From the NCBI GenBank assembly GCA_963663965.2, contig CAXXFK010000028.1:576001-640000 (forward strand): a DNA stretch of 64,000 nt, read 5' to 3'. Shown piece after piece: positions 52,932-64,000 of this stretch. The notes under the pieces are model-generated. The model was not told the DNA's origin. It saw only the letters and a list, made by a program, of their open reading frames with translations, and did not search any database. The stretch comes from Sedimentisphaerales bacterium (GTDB lineage Bacteria; Planctomycetota; Phycisphaerae; Sedimentisphaerales; SM23-30). The number at the start of each line of letters is the position of its first letter. Position 1 is the stretch's first letter. The position numbers and the translations under genes are program-made.

Positions 52932-53174
52932 TGATGAGTTTTTTGAAAATAAATGATTAATATAAACCCTGTGATATCTGAGTATTATGGCGGCATAGGA
53001 CAATTTGAGTTAAAGTGCTGTTATTTTATGACAACGCAAAATGGTTAAATAATAATGGAAAAAGTCATTGTTAGTCAGCGTGAATAGCTGGATAATAGAA
53101 TTTTTATGTGCCCGGCCGGTCAGTCGCCGGGAGAGACATTATTTTTGAACTTTCTTAAGCAGAAGGGACAAATC

Positions 53175-54857
53175 ATGGCGTATACAATTGGTTTAGATTA
53201 TGGTACCAATTCGGTACGGTGTTTGATTGTAGATGTGCAGACAGGCGAGGAGGTTGGAACAGCCATTTACGAGTATGAGACAGGTGAGAAAGGGATCGTG
53301 CTGGATCCGTCTGACCATAACGTCGCGCGTCAGAATCCAGCCGACTATCTCAAGGGGATCGAAGTTACCGTAATCCAGGCGTTGGCGGAGGCCAGAGGTA
53401 AGAAGGGATTTGATGCCGGCAAGGTGATTGGCATTGGTGTGGATACGACCGGCTCAACCCCCATGCCGGTGGATAAGGACGGCGTCCCTTTAAGTGATAA
53501 GCCTGAGTTCAAGGGTAACATCAACGCAATGGCCTGGTTATGGAAGGATCACACCGGATACGCCGAGGCAGCCGCGATTACGGCCCTGGCGGCGAAAGAG
53601 CATCCGGAATATCTGGCCAAATGCGGGGGCACTTATTCATCGGAATGGTTTTTCAGTAAGGTATGGCACTGTCTGAAGGTCGATCCAAAGGTTTTTGACG
53701 CGGCTTATACCTGGGTGGAGTATTGCGATTATATTCCGGGTGTGTTAACGGGCAATGTGAAACCGGGCACGATGAAAATCAGCCGTTGCGCGGCGGGTCA
53801 TAAAGCAATGTTCAATGATCAATGGGGTGGTTTGCCGGCAAAAGAATTTCTGGCGAAGCTGGATCCCAAGCTGGGTGAGTTGCGGGATCGGTTATATACC
53901 GAGACCTGGGCCGTTGATACCACGGCGGGTCATCTGACAGCAGACTGGGCCGCCAAACTGGGTTTGCCGGGGGGAATACCGGTGGCCGTGGGCGCTTTTG
54001 ACGCCCATCTGGGAGGTGTTGGTTCAGGCTGCGGGCCGGGTAAACTGGTCAAAATTATCGGGACGAGCACCTGTGATATTATGGTGGCGGCCAATACCAT
54101 GAATTTGCCTGATGTGCCTGGATTGTGTGGCATAGTCGATGGCTCTGTTTTGCCGGGCTATTATGGTCTGGAAGCAGGACAGTCGGCAGTGGGCGATATT
54201 TTTAACTGGTTTGTCAACGCGATTCAGCCGGGCGGTCCAACCGCAGGTGACCATAAAGCGCTGACGGAAAAAGCCGCTCAATTAAAACCGGGTCAAAGCG
54301 GTCTGCTGGCGCTGGATTGGAATAATGGCAACCGGACGATCCTGGTGGACCAGCGGTTAACGGGTTTATTGGTAGGGCAGACGCTGCATACCCGTCCGGA
54401 AGAAATCTATCGGGCATTGATCGAAGCGACGGCATTTGGGGCATTGACAATTATCAACCGTTTTGAAGAATACGGCGTTAAAGTTGCAGAAATTATCAAT
54501 TGCGGCGGGATATCAGAAAAGAACGCCATGGTGATGCAGATTTATGCCGATGTGACCAACCGTGAAATGAAAATCAGCCGTTCCGCGCAAACCTGCGCCC
54601 TGGGCTCGGCGATTGCCGGCGCAGTCGTGGCGGGAAAAGCCGCGGGCGGATACGATCATTTTGCGGATGCCCAAGCGGCGATGACCGGAGTTAAGCCGAC
54701 TATTTTCAAGCCGATCCCTGAGAATGTCGCGATATACGCTGAGTTATACCAGTTATACCGTCAACTGCATGACAGTTTTGGAGTACAGGGACATAGCGCC
54801 GATATCAGCAATGTCATGAAAGACCTGCTGGTGATCAAAGAGAAGGCGAACGCCTGA
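53175..54857 (+). CDS. araB: Ribulokinase (FGGY family)
   Basis: IGLDYGTNSVR, DTTGST, LWKDH, YSSEWF, CAAGHKA, FDAH, LDWNNGNR. Confidence 0.9.
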   Translation: MAYTIGLDYGTNSVRCLIVDVQTGEEVGTAIYEYETGEKGIVLDPSDHNVARQNPADYLKGIEVTVIQALAEARGKKGFDAGKVIGIGVDTTGSTPMPVDKDGVPLSDKPEFKGNINAMAWLWKDHTGYAEAAAITALAAKEHPEYLAKCGGTYSSEWFFSKVWHCLKVDPKVFDAAYTWVEYCDYIPGVLTGNVKPGTMKISRCAAGHKAMFNDQWGGLPAKEFLAKLDPKLGELRDRLYTETWAVDTTAGHLTADWAAKLGLPGGIPVAVGAFDAHLGGVGSGCGPGKLVKIIGTSTCDIMVAANTMNLPDVPGLCGIVDGSVLPGYYGLEAGQSAVGDIFNWFVNAIQPGGPTAGDHKALTEKAAQLKPGQSGLLALDWNNGNRTILVDQRLTGLLVGQTLHTRPEEIYRALIEATAFGALTIINRFEEYGVKVAEIINCGGISEKNAMVMQIYADVTNREMKISRSAQTCALGSAIAGAVVAGKAAGGYDHFADAQAAMTGVKPTIFKPIPENVAIYAELYQLYRQLHDSFGVQGHSADISNVMKDLLVIKEKANA

Positions 54858-54880
54858 TACGGTCAATTGAAAAGTAATAT

Positions 54881-54925
54881 AAAGGGGCAATGCAACCGGG
54901 CTTACCGGGCTTGCCCCTTTTTTTT
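54881..54925. terminator. Bidirectional terminator
   Basis: aaaggggcaa...ttgcccctttttttt between convergent genes. Confidence 0.75.
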
Positions 54926-54934
54926 ACAGGCTGT

Positions 54935-55273
54935 TTATTCAGTGACTTTAAAAGAAGAAAACGCCACGCGCGGTCTGAATACCGGGAAAATCAAATAGGC
55001 TTCAGACGCATCCAGTTTATCGACCAGCATGACATTGTGAGAGCCGTTTTTGGCCGATGGGGGTACAGTGAAACAGCCAATAAACGGATCACAGATTTTT
55101 TTGCCGTCCCAGTAAACCGTACAGGTTCCGGGATCGCCCCAGGTATTTTCGTAGGTCATTTTAACAAACGTGCCGGGCGGACCGGACTGTGGACTTAATT
55201 TGACGATTCGGGTACATCCGTTTGCTATCATTAACAGACCGATCACACTACCAACCAAAACCAATTTTTTCAT
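54935..55273 (-). CDS. Small lipoprotein (Ig/IPT-like)
   Basis: MKKLVLVGSVIGLLMIANGC lipobox; LSPQSGPPGT; RBS aaggag. Confidence 0.75.
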   Translation of the reverse strand: MKKLVLVGSVIGLLMIANGCTRIVKLSPQSGPPGTFVKMTYENTWGDPGTCTVYWDGKKICDPFIGCFTVPPSAKNGSHNVMLVDKLDASEAYLIFPVFRPRVAFSSFKVTE

Positions 55274-55553
55274 ATCATACTCCTTAGTTCGTCCCGAAGC
55301 CAGTCGGGAACCATTATTAACCGCAACAATGGAAAACCACTTCAATTTATTTCTGACACCCATTTCATAAAAGTTAAGACGAATTTTATACGCGAGTATT
55401 ACAAAAGATAAAGTCAAATTTGTGTAAAAATTGTGGGCTGCCCTAATATTATTAAAAGAAAATGTTGAACAGTTTTATCATCATGCGTTAATATTTCCGT
55501 AAAGTTAAATTTGCTAAATTGCACACAAACAATCAAAAACAGGAGATCATGCA

Positions 55554-58370
55554 ATGAAGCGTAAGCTGACCAAGCTATTATGGGTCATTTTATTGGTAAT
55601 GGTATGTGATGTAACCAAGGTCTGGAGTCAGGATTTTCCGCCGATGGAAAAAGTGGTGGAAGGGTATCGCAAGGTGATCTCGATGGTTGGGGAACCGCGA
55701 TCCCTGCTGGAGATCTGGGTGCGCGATAAAGACGGGCAGATGCTGGCGGCCTTACCGCCGAATTACGAATCGTTGAAATTTTTCTTCGCAATGACAGTAT
55801 CCAGCGGTGAGAATTATGCCGGGTTGCAGGCCGGTGACATGTATGTATACTGGCGCCGTTACGATAAGAGGCTGGCGTTAATGGCGCCGAATATCGAGAT
55901 CCGATCCTACGGAGACGCCGAATCTCGCAGTTCGGTGAATCGTCTGTTTACCGATCGAGTGATTCTGGATATCCCGATTATTACCATGAACGGTCCCAGT
56001 CCGGTAATCGACATGGACGCGTTACTGGTAGGTCAGGCGAATCAGTTTTTCGGTCGTTCCATCATGATTACCAAGCCCTATCTGGCCACGATCAAAGACG
56101 CCAAGGCCTTTCCGCAAAACGTAGAATTGGGCTTTGAAGTACCGGCGCAGAACGGTCAGTTAAAGATCTTGCATTATTCGATCAGCACGATTCCGGAAAA
56201 TACCGGCTACCGTCCCCGTCAAGCGGATGAACGCGTCGGTTATTTTACCACCAGTTACAGCGATTACGGGAAGTATAAAGAAGATGAGTCGCAGGTGCGC
56301 TTTATCAATCGCTGGTGGCTGGAAAAGGCGGATCCTTCATTGGAATTGAGTCCGCCCAAGGAACCCATCGTATTTTATATTGAACACACCACCCCAGTCC
56401 GTTACCGCCGCTGGGTTCGTCAGGGTATTCTGTATTGGAATAAGGCTTATGAACGGGTTGGCATATCCAACGCCATAGAAGTGTATTATCAGGACCAGAA
56501 ATCGGGCGCCCATATGGAAAAGGATCCGGAAGATGTTCGCTATAATTTCATCCGTTGGTTGACCAATAATGAAGGGACGGCCATCGGGCCAAGCCGTGTT
56601 CATCCGATGACCGGACAGATTCTCGATGCGGATGTCATTCTGACCGATGGCTGGATCCGGCATTATCAAAAGCAATATCATGAGTTAATCCCGGACATCA
56701 TGCTGGAAGGTTTTTCGCCGGAAGCGATGGCCTGGCTGGCCCAGCATCCCGAGTGGGATCCACGTATCAATCTGGCCCCGCCTTCGGAACGTCAGCGCAT
56801 TGCCAAGGCCATTGCCGCGACCGGGGATTTGCCTTATAGCAATCATCCGTTGATGAACGCAGACAATGCATTAATCGGTGACGATGAATTTGATGGTTTG
56901 TCAGGACGGATCAGTCAGCTTAACGGCATGTGTCGATTATCGGAGTTGCTGGGATTCGATACGATGATGTTCCGGATGTATTACGATATCATGGACATCG
57001 GAGCCGAACTGGCTGCCAAAACGCAAGACTCTGATGAGGGCAAGGGGGATGGAGCCGCTGAAAAAGACAAGCAGGAAGAACCCAAGCCCAAGCCCAAACC
57101 CGTCCCGAAGATCGATGATATGCCGGAAGATTTTATTGGTCCGTTGATCGCGTTTCTGGCCTGTCATGAAGTGGGACATACTTTAGGTTTGCGTCATAAT
57201 TTCAAGGCATCCAGTGCGTATGATTTTAACGAGATCAACAGTGAAGGATTTAAGGGCAAACCTTTCGCCAGTTCCGTTATGGACTATATTGGCGTGAATA
57301 TTGTTTATAATAGCGAAGACTGTGTCCAGGGCGACTGGACCATGACAGATATCGGTCCATACGATTACTGGGTCATCGAATATGGTTATACCCAGAACGA
57401 CAAGGCGCTCCCGGCGATATTGAGCCGTGTCGCCGAGCCGGAGCTGGTTTATGGCACGGATGAAGACACCTATGGCCCGGACCCGCTGGCCCGTCGCTAT
57501 GATTTTGCCAAGGATCCGCTGGATTACGCAGAAGAGCAGATGAAGATTGTGAAATTTGTCCGTGAGAACCTGCTGGACAAATACGTCAAAGACGGTCAGA
57601 GCTGGGCCAAGGCTCGCAAGGGCTATGAGATGAGCCTGGGTTTGCAGACCCGCGCGATCAGCATGATGGCGAACTGGGTTGGAGGCACTTTTGTCAATCG
57701 CGACCATAAAGGCGATAAAGACGGCCGCAAACCGTTGGTGCCGGTACCTGCTCAACAGCAGCGTGACGCCTTGGATTTTGTGATCGAGATCAGTTTCATG
57801 GAAGATTCCTTTGGATTGACACCCGAAATGCTTCAGCATATGACCGTTGAAAAATGGTGGGATGATGCCTCCTCATTGCTCGAGGACCCCACCTGGCCCA
57901 TTCATGACCGGATTATGAGTTTGCAGAATTCCGTGCTGACCCTACTGCTCAACCCGGTGACGCTGGGATATGTCTATGACAATGAGTCGCTGTGTGAAGA
58001 TGACGATGTTCTTACTCTTCCGGAAGTTTTGTCCAGCATCCACGACGCGATCTGGACGGAACTGGAAGGGGTGGAGAACAAGGAATATTCGGAACGCGAG
58101 CCGATGATTTCGAGTATCCGCCGCAATTTACAGCGGCAATATTTAAGCCGTTTGATCCAGTTGTCCGAAACCGGCAGCAGCACCAAAGCCTCCACCAAGC
58201 CCCTTTCGAACCTGGCTACCATGGAATTACGCCGGTTGAAACAGAAGGTCGATCAATGTGTCAAGAAGTATAACCGATCGATGGATGATTATACCCTGGC
58301 GCATTTGCAGGATATTACCAATCTGATTCAAAGGGCGCTTGACGTTCAATATACGACCACCCGGTTGTAA
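55554..58370 (+). CDS. Secreted zinc metalloprotease (DUF5117/DUF4953 Met-zincin type)
   Basis: Signal peptide, DERVGYF, HEVGHTLGLRHNF, SSVMDY Met-turn. Confidence 0.92.
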   Translation: MKRKLTKLLWVILLVMVCDVTKVWSQDFPPMEKVVEGYRKVISMVGEPRSLLEIWVRDKDGQMLAALPPNYESLKFFFAMTVSSGENYAGLQAGDMYVYWRRYDKRLALMAPNIEIRSYGDAESRSSVNRLFTDRVILDIPIITMNGPSPVIDMDALLVGQANQFFGRSIMITKPYLATIKDAKAFPQNVELGFEVPAQNGQLKILHYSISTIPENTGYRPRQADERVGYFTTSYSDYGKYKEDESQVRFINRWWLEKADPSLELSPPKEPIVFYIEHTTPVRYRRWVRQGILYWNKAYERVGISNAIEVYYQDQKSGAHMEKDPEDVRYNFIRWLTNNEGTAIGPSRVHPMTGQILDADVILTDGWIRHYQKQYHELIPDIMLEGFSPEAMAWLAQHPEWDPRINLAPPSERQRIAKAIAATGDLPYSNHPLMNADNALIGDDEFDGLSGRISQLNGMCRLSELLGFDTMMFRMYYDIMDIGAELAAKTQDSDEGKGDGAAEKDKQEEPKPKPKPVPKIDDMPEDFIGPLIAFLACHEVGHTLGLRHNFKASSAYDFNEINSEGFKGKPFASSVMDYIGVNIVYNSEDCVQGDWTMTDIGPYDYWVIEYGYTQNDKALPAILSRVAEPELVYGTDEDTYGPDPLARRYDFAKDPLDYAEEQMKIVKFVRENLLDKYVKDGQSWAKARKGYEMSLGLQTRAISMMANWVGGTFVNRDHKGDKDGRKPLVPVPAQQQRDALDFVIEISFMEDSFGLTPEMLQHMTVEKWWDDASSLLEDPTWPIHDRIMSLQNSVLTLLLNPVTLGYVYDNESLCEDDDVLTLPEVLSSIHDAIWTELEGVENKEYSEREPMISSIRRNLQRQYLSRLIQLSETGSSTKASTKPLSNLATMELRRLKQKVDQCVKKYNRSMDDYTLAHLQDITNLIQRALDVQYTTTRL

Positions 58371-58397
58371 AAAAAAGAAACGATCTGAAATTAAAAT

Positions 58398-58427
58398 GGC
58401 GTCCTGGAAACGGGGCGCCTTTTTTTT
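58398..58427 (+). terminator. Intrinsic terminator
   Basis: ggcgtcctg-gaaa-cggggcgcc followed by a T run. Confidence 0.85.
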
Positions 58428-58590
58428 GATATTTTCTTAACTTCTTTGCTTTAAGGTGGTTAAGCTTGCGTCAGTCTTGCGTAATCTGTTATACATGGTT
58501 GAAACATATCGAGTGCTTGACTTACGTGCCACTCAGGTCTAGTATTAATTGTAAGATTATGATTAAAAAACCTTTAGTAAGGAGATCACG

Positions 58591-59013
58591 ATGGCAGAAA
58601 GACTGGAAATTTACAAGTGCGAGAAATGTGGTGTCATGATTGAAGTGATGCATCCCGGATGCGGTTCATTGACCTGTTGCGGCATTCCAATGGTAAAGCT
58701 GGAAGAAAATACGGTTGATGCCGCCAAAGAAAAACATGTACCAGTGATTGAGAAGATCGATGGCGGCGTGAAAGTCAAGGTGGGTTCGGTCGCGCATCCG
58801 ATGGAAGCGGACCATTATATCGAGTGGATCGAATTGATTGTGGATGGCAAGAGTTATGTTCAGTATCTGGAACCGGGTCAGGCTCCGGAAGCGGTCTTCA
58901 AGGTTTGTGGGGATTCGATGGTGGTCCGCGAATATTGCAATAAACACGGGTTGTGGAAAGCCGGCGAACAAGCGAAAGGAGGTTCCACATGCTGTCGGAC
59001 AAAGTGCAATTAG
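58591..59013 (+). CDS. dfx: Desulfoferrodoxin (2Fe superoxide reductase)
   Basis: YKCEKCG...CCG, EKHVP, HPM...HYIEWI, CNKHGLW. Confidence 0.95.
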   Translation: MAERLEIYKCEKCGVMIEVMHPGCGSLTCCGIPMVKLEENTVDAAKEKHVPVIEKIDGGVKVKVGSVAHPMEADHYIEWIELIVDGKSYVQYLEPGQAPEAVFKVCGDSMVVREYCNKHGLWKAGEQAKGGSTCCRTKCN

Positions 59014-59501
59014 CGATCAATCAACAGATTAACCGGGAAATGTATTCGGCGTATCTGTATCTGGCCATGTCAGCCTGGTGCAGTGATGAAGGGATGAACG
59101 GTTTTGCCAACTGGATGCGAGTTCAGTATGAAGAGGAAATGTTCCATGCGTTCAAGATGTATGATTATATTCTGGAACAGGATGGCCAGGTTGAACTGAT
59201 GCCGATAGAGAAGCCGCCGGCCAGTTTTAAATCGGCGCTGGATGTGTTTGAGGAAGTGCTCAGTCATGAGAAGAAAGTGACCGCCTGGATCAATGAACTG
59301 GTTTCGATTGCTGATGCGGAAAACGATTATGCCACGCATAATTTTCTACAGTGGTTCGTAAACGAGCAAGTTGAAGAAGAAGCCACGGCCAAAGAGATTA
59401 TTGATGATCTCAAGCTGGCGGGTGAAAAAGGGCCCGGCTTGTTCATGATCAACCGCGAATTGGCACAGCGGGTGTTTACGCCACCGGCCGCGACCGAATA
59501 A
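58989..59501 (+). CDS. Non-heme ferritin
   Basis: [37 protein letters not shown] aaaggagg. Confidence 0.95.
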   Translation: MLSDKVQLAINQQINREMYSAYLYLAMSAWCSDEGMNGFANWMRVQYEEEMFHAFKMYDYILEQDGQVELMPIEKPPASFKSALDVFEEVLSHEKKVTAWINELVSIADAENDYATHNFLQWFVNEQVEEEATAKEIIDDLKLAGEKGPGLFMINRELAQRVFTPPAATE

Positions 59502-59524
59502 AATCATCCTTTTTTGACTCCGTG

Positions 59525-59563
59525 AAAAAAGCCCCGCGTTCGGGAAGAACAGCGGGGCTTTTT
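59525..59563. terminator. Bidirectional terminator
   Basis: aaaaaagccccgc...gcggggctttt. Confidence 0.85.
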
Positions 59564-59603
59564 ATTTGAATGCGTTATGCGACACCGCGAATAATAACCG
59601 CGT

Positions 59604-61244
59604 TTAAGCTTTCAAAATGGCTTTGGCAGACTGGTCCAATGCCTCGGTCATATAATCCAGGCCGGTTTCGGCCGCGGTTTCACGGTTGGCGGCCATCAGA
59701 TCCTCACGAGTAATTTCGCTGAGATTGAACTTGCGAGCGCCTGCCATAAACTGCTGCAGGCCACAGGCCAGTTTGTCGGCATAACCGTACATGGCGATGG
59801 CGCCAAAGGGGATGTTGGCCATTTCATTGGCACCGACTTTATTCTTGACGGTTTCCCAGGCGGTGAAGATTTCTTCAGGAGTCGTTCCCAGATCGGATAC
59901 ACTGGCAGGCAGTTCCGTCCAGTGGCCATTGAGTTGTTCGCGTTTTTCGGGTTTGAAAACGCCTTCAATGTTGCTGCCCAGATAACCTGGAATCATGGGA
60001 GCGCGGCCCATACAGACCAGTTTTGTGTACGGGGCACAAAGCGCGAGGGCTTTAAAGAGGTGGTCTTCACGGGCAAAGCCGCCGGCCAGGGAGATGTCGG
60101 GAACGGCGATGCCGCGCGCGGCCAGGATCGAGCAATACTCATACGTCTTGGCATGAAGGGGCAGTGAAGGCACGCCCCAGTGATCCATCATATTCCAGGG
60201 ACTCATGCCTGTACCGCCGCCGGAACCGTCGATAGTGAGCAGGTCCAGTCTGGCCTCAGCGGCATAACGGATTGACATGGCCAGCGCTTCCATACCATAG
60301 GCTCCGGTCTTGAGGGAAATGCGTTTGAAGCCAATTTTGCGGAGATAAGCGACCGAGTCCATGAATGACTGGCGTACCTGATCGACAGTATCCAGATCGG
60401 TGGCGCCCAGACGGCTATGGCGGGCGAAGGCGGTAACGGCTTTTTCTTCAAACGCTTTTTGAACGACGGGATCATAGGGATTGGGATCGACGACATACCC
60501 ACGGTCTTTGAGGAATTTGGCGTATTCCAGTGAGGTCACCTGGATTTCACCACCGATATCTTTGGCGCCCTGGCCCCATTTGAGTTCGATGATGACTTTA
60601 TCGCCGTATTTTTCAATCAGGTATTCAGCGACGCCGTTACGGGTATCTTCAACATTCATTTGCACGATAATGGCGCCAAAGCCATCATAGTAGCGCATAA
60701 AGACATCCACGCGGCGATCCAGTTCGGGGGCGGATTTAATGCGGCCCTTTTCGAGGATGGATTGGCGGTCAACACCGACGACGTTTTCACCGACAACGAT
60801 GGGGAATCCACATAATGCGGCGCCGGCGGCAAAGGAATCCCAGTATTTGGCAGCAATAAAGGTAGAACCCAGGGCGCCGGTCATGATCGGTACCCGACAC
60901 TTGGTTTCAATTTCGTTACCAAAAGAGGTGGTAATATCCACATTGGGGAAGATGCAGTCATCGGGATCGTGGCTGAGTCCGGCGGGAACGCCTTTGGCAC
61001 CAAAGGCATATCCCTGAATTCTCAGGGCATGGTAGCCCACTCCGACGGAACAAACATTGGCGGAACCTGAGGTCGACCAGCCATATTCACGGGGATAAAT
61101 CATTTTTCGACCTTTGAGCGAAGACATCCAGGTCTCACACTTGCCTTTACAGGAAGAAAGGCAGAGGGTGCACAAACCTGATTCGCAGGGAACGCCACGG
61201 TTGACCGTTCCGAGCGCATCATTGTTCTTGATCCATTGGAACAT
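59604..61244 (-). CDS. Stand-alone FMN-binding glutamate synthase family protein
   Basis: IELKWGQGAKDIGGE, TIDGSGGGTG, VCMGR; N-terminal Cys cluster. Confidence 0.88.
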   Translation of the reverse strand: MFQWIKNNDALGTVNRGVPCESGLCTLCLSSCKGKCETWMSSLKGRKMIYPREYGWSTSGSANVCSVGVGYHALRIQGYAFGAKGVPAGLSHDPDDCIFPNVDITTSFGNEIETKCRVPIMTGALGSTFIAAKYWDSFAAGAALCGFPIVVGENVVGVDRQSILEKGRIKSAPELDRRVDVFMRYYDGFGAIIVQMNVEDTRNGVAEYLIEKYGDKVIIELKWGQGAKDIGGEIQVTSLEYAKFLKDRGYVVDPNPYDPVVQKAFEEKAVTAFARHSRLGATDLDTVDQVRQSFMDSVAYLRKIGFKRISLKTGAYGMEALAMSIRYAAEARLDLLTIDGSGGGTGMSPWNMMDHWGVPSLPLHAKTYEYCSILAARGIAVPDISLAGGFAREDHLFKALALCAPYTKLVCMGRAPMIPGYLGSNIEGVFKPEKREQLNGHWTELPASVSDLGTTPEEIFTAWETVKNKVGANEMANIPFGAIAMYGYADKLACGLQQFMAGARKFNLSEITREDLMAANRETAAETGLDYMTEALDQSAKAILKA

Positions 61245-61631
61245 GTTGTTCTCCTTTATTTGACGGTGACTAAAGGGGTTATGAAAATTATGCCTGTCAG
61301 TTGACGGTCCGGCAGGCAGACAATATAGTAAATATCTTCTGTGGTTATAGCCGAAAGGCGCATTAAACGATCATCCTTTAGCGATCAATCCGGTCTATAC
61401 CATCATCCTGATAATTGAATATGTAACCAAATTAGCCATTCAGAAAATTATCAGAACCCAAAACAATAGTCAATAAAGATTCATTGTCATTTTAGAAAAC
61501 TTCTTAAATATGGGTGATACTGGTATTTCAGGGGATTTAGACGGATGAATTCCAAGCTAAAGACTTGAGAAATGACGCTGATTTTTTTATATTATCATAT
61601 CGAATTCGAACTAGCTGTGAAATTAATAACG

Positions 61632-62624
61632 ATGGAGAGTAATTTGACAAAACTGAAATTAGGCACATTGTGTCTGGAAGAACCATTTTTTCAAGCCGCC
61701 TTGAGTGGTTATACCGACCGGGCCATGCGAACGCTGGCCCGTGAATTTGGATGTCCGTTTACTTTTAGTGGATTAATGCTGGATAAGAGTACGGCTTATA
61801 AGAAGGTTCTGGCGCGGCCGGAGTTTTCGATTGTGGGTGAGCCTGGCCCTGTCGGGGGGCAGATTCATGGTTTGCTTCCGGAGACTATGGCCCGGGCGGC
61901 TAGAACGTTGGAAGAGTTTGGGTATCATTTAATCGACTTAAATTTTGCCTGTCCAGCCCCCAAAGTGATCCGCCGCCAGCGGGGCGGCTATATGATGCGG
62001 GATCCCAAACTGGTGCGTGAGATGTTTTTGCAGGTCAGAGATGCGGTGAAATGTCCGGTGACCTATAAATTGCGGATAGGGTTCAGTGATTCTGAACAAT
62101 CAAGAGCGAATTTCTGGGAAATAGTAGAAAATGCAGCGGTTGACGGCGTGGATGCGTTAATTATTCATGGCCGATCCGTTCAACAGTTATATCGAGGCAA
62201 GGCGGACTGGGATATTCTGGATCAGGTCAAGGAACGGTTCCCCAATATGACGGTGGTAGGCAGCGGGGATGTATTTACCGCTGAAGATGTCGTCCATCGC
62301 CTGAAGACCCATCGCGTAGATGGTGTATTAATCGCACGGGGCAGTATTGGCAATCCCTGGATTTTTCGGGAAATCAGGGCGCTGCTTGCCGGTGGGCCCA
62401 AATTGCCTGAGCCTGATATCAAAGAGCAGGGAGAGGTCATAAAATATCATATTAAAATGATAGAGGAAACTTATGAACGGCATCGTATTGTCCCATTTAT
62501 GCGTAAGTTTATCGTTCATTATTCCAAGAGGCATCCACACCGTAAACTGGTTATGATGGAATTACTATCGGTCAAGACGCTGGAGGGGGTTTATGAGGGG
62601 ATAAAAAAATGGTATGGAGTATAG
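61632..62624 (+). CDS. tRNA-dihydrouridine synthase (Dus family)
   Basis: IDLNFACPAPKV, KLRIG, IHGRS, GSGDV, ARGSIGNPWIF. Confidence 0.92.
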   Translation: MESNLTKLKLGTLCLEEPFFQAALSGYTDRAMRTLAREFGCPFTFSGLMLDKSTAYKKVLARPEFSIVGEPGPVGGQIHGLLPETMARAARTLEEFGYHLIDLNFACPAPKVIRRQRGGYMMRDPKLVREMFLQVRDAVKCPVTYKLRIGFSDSEQSRANFWEIVENAAVDGVDALIIHGRSVQQLYRGKADWDILDQVKERFPNMTVVGSGDVFTAEDVVHRLKTHRVDGVLIARGSIGNPWIFREIRALLAGGPKLPEPDIKEQGEVIKYHIKMIEETYERHRIVPFMRKFIVHYSKRHPHRKLVMMELLSVKTLEGVYEGIKKWYGV

Positions 62625-62819
62625 AACCATTCGATCAAATTCGTTGTATCTATTTAAATATTAATGCTTTATAATAATTATTGTTTTCATATGTTAAGTA
62701 TGTAAGGGATTTTGACAAGTTTAGTAATTATGACCTTGCATAATCTTCAGAAATGGATTATATTACAAAGCTCGACAACGAATATGACGATAAGTTGATT
62801 ATCGACAAGGAAATAACGT

Positions 62820-62902
62820 GGGTCGATGCCCGAGTGGCTAAAGGGGACGGGCTGTAAACCCGTCGGCGAGAGCCTACGTTGGTTCGAATCCAACTCGGCC
62901 CA
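62820..62902 (+). tRNA. tRNA-Tyr(GTA), CCA not encoded
   Basis: Acceptor GGGTCGA/TCGGCCC, anticodon arm acggg-ctGTAaa-cccgt, long variable arm, GGTTCGAATCC. Confidence 0.96.
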
Positions 62903-62904
62903 TT

Positions 62905-62937
62905 AAAAAAGCATCTGGTTCATAAGCCAGATGCTTT
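62905..62937. terminator. Terminator hairpin between the tRNA and MCP genes
   Basis: aaagcatctgg...ccagatgcttt. Confidence 0.8.
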
Positions 62938-62984
62938 GTTGTTATTACCGGGAGCGTAATTCGGGGGGCATTAATAAGATGGGA

Positions 62985-64000
62985 TCATACCTTGAACTGG
63001 CTGACGAGAAACTGAAGTTTTTCAGACATTTCTGATAATTCTCTGCTGGCATTTTGAGATTGTTCAGCACCTTGAGCCGTTTCTCTTGCAGTAGATTCGA
63101 CTTTCACAATAGTCTGGGCAATTTCCTGGCTCGCCAAAGCGGATTGAGAGATTCCCTGAGTGACTTGATCGGTCGCCGATGCCGTCTGATGAATAATACG
63201 TGAAATATCTTGAGTTGTCAGATTTTGTCTTTCTACGGCCGAAGCAATTGTGCGTGAAATATTATTGACATCATGGATCACCTGGCTGATCTGATCGATG
63301 CTACCCACAGTGTCGCCAATACTGGAGCGGATGGTTTCGATAGTAACGGCGATATTTTGAGTCGCCTCGGCTGTTTGGCGAGCCAATTCTTTGACTTCAT
63401 TGGCAACAACGGCAAATCCTTTTCCGGCATCGCCAGCTCTAGCCGCCTCAATTGTCGCGTTTAACGCTAATAGATTGGTTTGTTCGGCAATATCCTGTAT
63501 CACCTGGATGATCTGTCCGATTACATCGGCCGATTGACGTAGCTGGTCAACCTGTTTAGAACTCGATTCAGCCATCGTCCAGGCATTGTGGGCAATCGTA
63601 GCGGCCTGAGAGGTGTTCTGGGTGACTTCACCGATACTCGTATTCATCTCTTCGATCGCTTCCACCACGTTTTTAACGCTGGTGGACATTTCCCGGGTGG
63701 CACTGGCAATATGATTCATATTCGTGGACATTTCTTCAGTTGCGGCAGCCACTGTGGTGGATTGAGTGGTTGTCTCGGTTGCACCGTTTGACATTTGAAC
63801 GGAGGTGGCCGATAATTCGGTGGCAGCGGAAGCAACCGTGGCGGCATGAGAGGTTATCTGACTGATAATGGTCTGGAGTTTTGCAATGAAGGTGTTAAAG
63901 TATGATGCCAGTTCAACCAGTTCTTTATTGCCAGAAACGGGCAACCGTTTGGTGAGATCGCCTTCGCCTTCAGAAATATCTTTAAGAATTCTTGCGGTAC
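62985..64000 (-). CDS. Methyl-accepting chemotaxis protein (5' end beyond window)
   Basis: [41 protein letters not shown]-like GDLTKRLPV at the window edge. Confidence 0.95.
   Translation of the reverse strand, partial: TARILKDISEGEGDLTKRLPVSGNKELVELASYFNTFIAKLQTIISQITSHAATVASAATELSATSVQMSNGATETTTQSTTVAAATEEMSTNMNHIASATREMSTSVKNVVEAIEEMNTSIGEVTQNTSQAATIAHNAWTMAESSSKQVDQLRQSADVIGQIIQVIQDIAEQTNLLALNATIEAARAGDAGKGFAVVANEVKELARQTAEATQNIAVTIETIRSSIGDTVGSIDQISQVIHDVNNISRTIASAVERQNLTTQDISRIIHQTASATDQVTQGISQSALASQEIAQTIVKVESTARETAQGAEQSQNASRELSEMSEKLQFLVSQFKV

Noticed and set aside
62820..62902. tRNA-Tyr as an island attachment site
   Set aside because: I saw no duplicated tRNA 3' end or integrase in the window

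Overview
Bacterial chromosomal window, probably from an anaerobic planctomycete of the Phycisphaerae/Sedimentisphaerales type. This is inferred from the PEP-CTERM protein, the sulfatase plus anaerobic maturase, a dockerin-like protease tail and superoxide reductase. Two housekeeping blocks flank a ~33 kb accessory region (~6.3-39 kb). The left block has rpoA-rplQ, HIT, a thioesterase, mntP and a U32 protein. The right block has mgtE, anSME, rplM-rpsI, argC-argJ, xseA, pepA, folE, beta-CA, araB, dfx-ferritin, a glutamate synthase-like gene, dus, tRNA-Tyr and an MCP. The accessory region holds glycan and sulfate enzymes, an AT-rich S8 protease bracketed by a duplicated gene 3' end, a complete ISL3 whose empty target site is also in the window, and a GxxExxY gene between direct repeats. 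It also holds a ~1290-aa STAND-like NTPase-TPR gene split by an IS4. Its intergenic DNA is dense in dispersed modules: MITEs, REP palindromes, a RAYT-like relic, a fixed-spacing 56-bp motif and short-period tandem arrays. A secreted 20-Cys peptide with DGKCG-type repeats lies next to mntP. Homopolymer frameshifts in rpoA and rplM suggest residual long-read indel errors, so single-base frameshifts here should not be over-read. All family calls come from motif recognition by eye; no database search was run.
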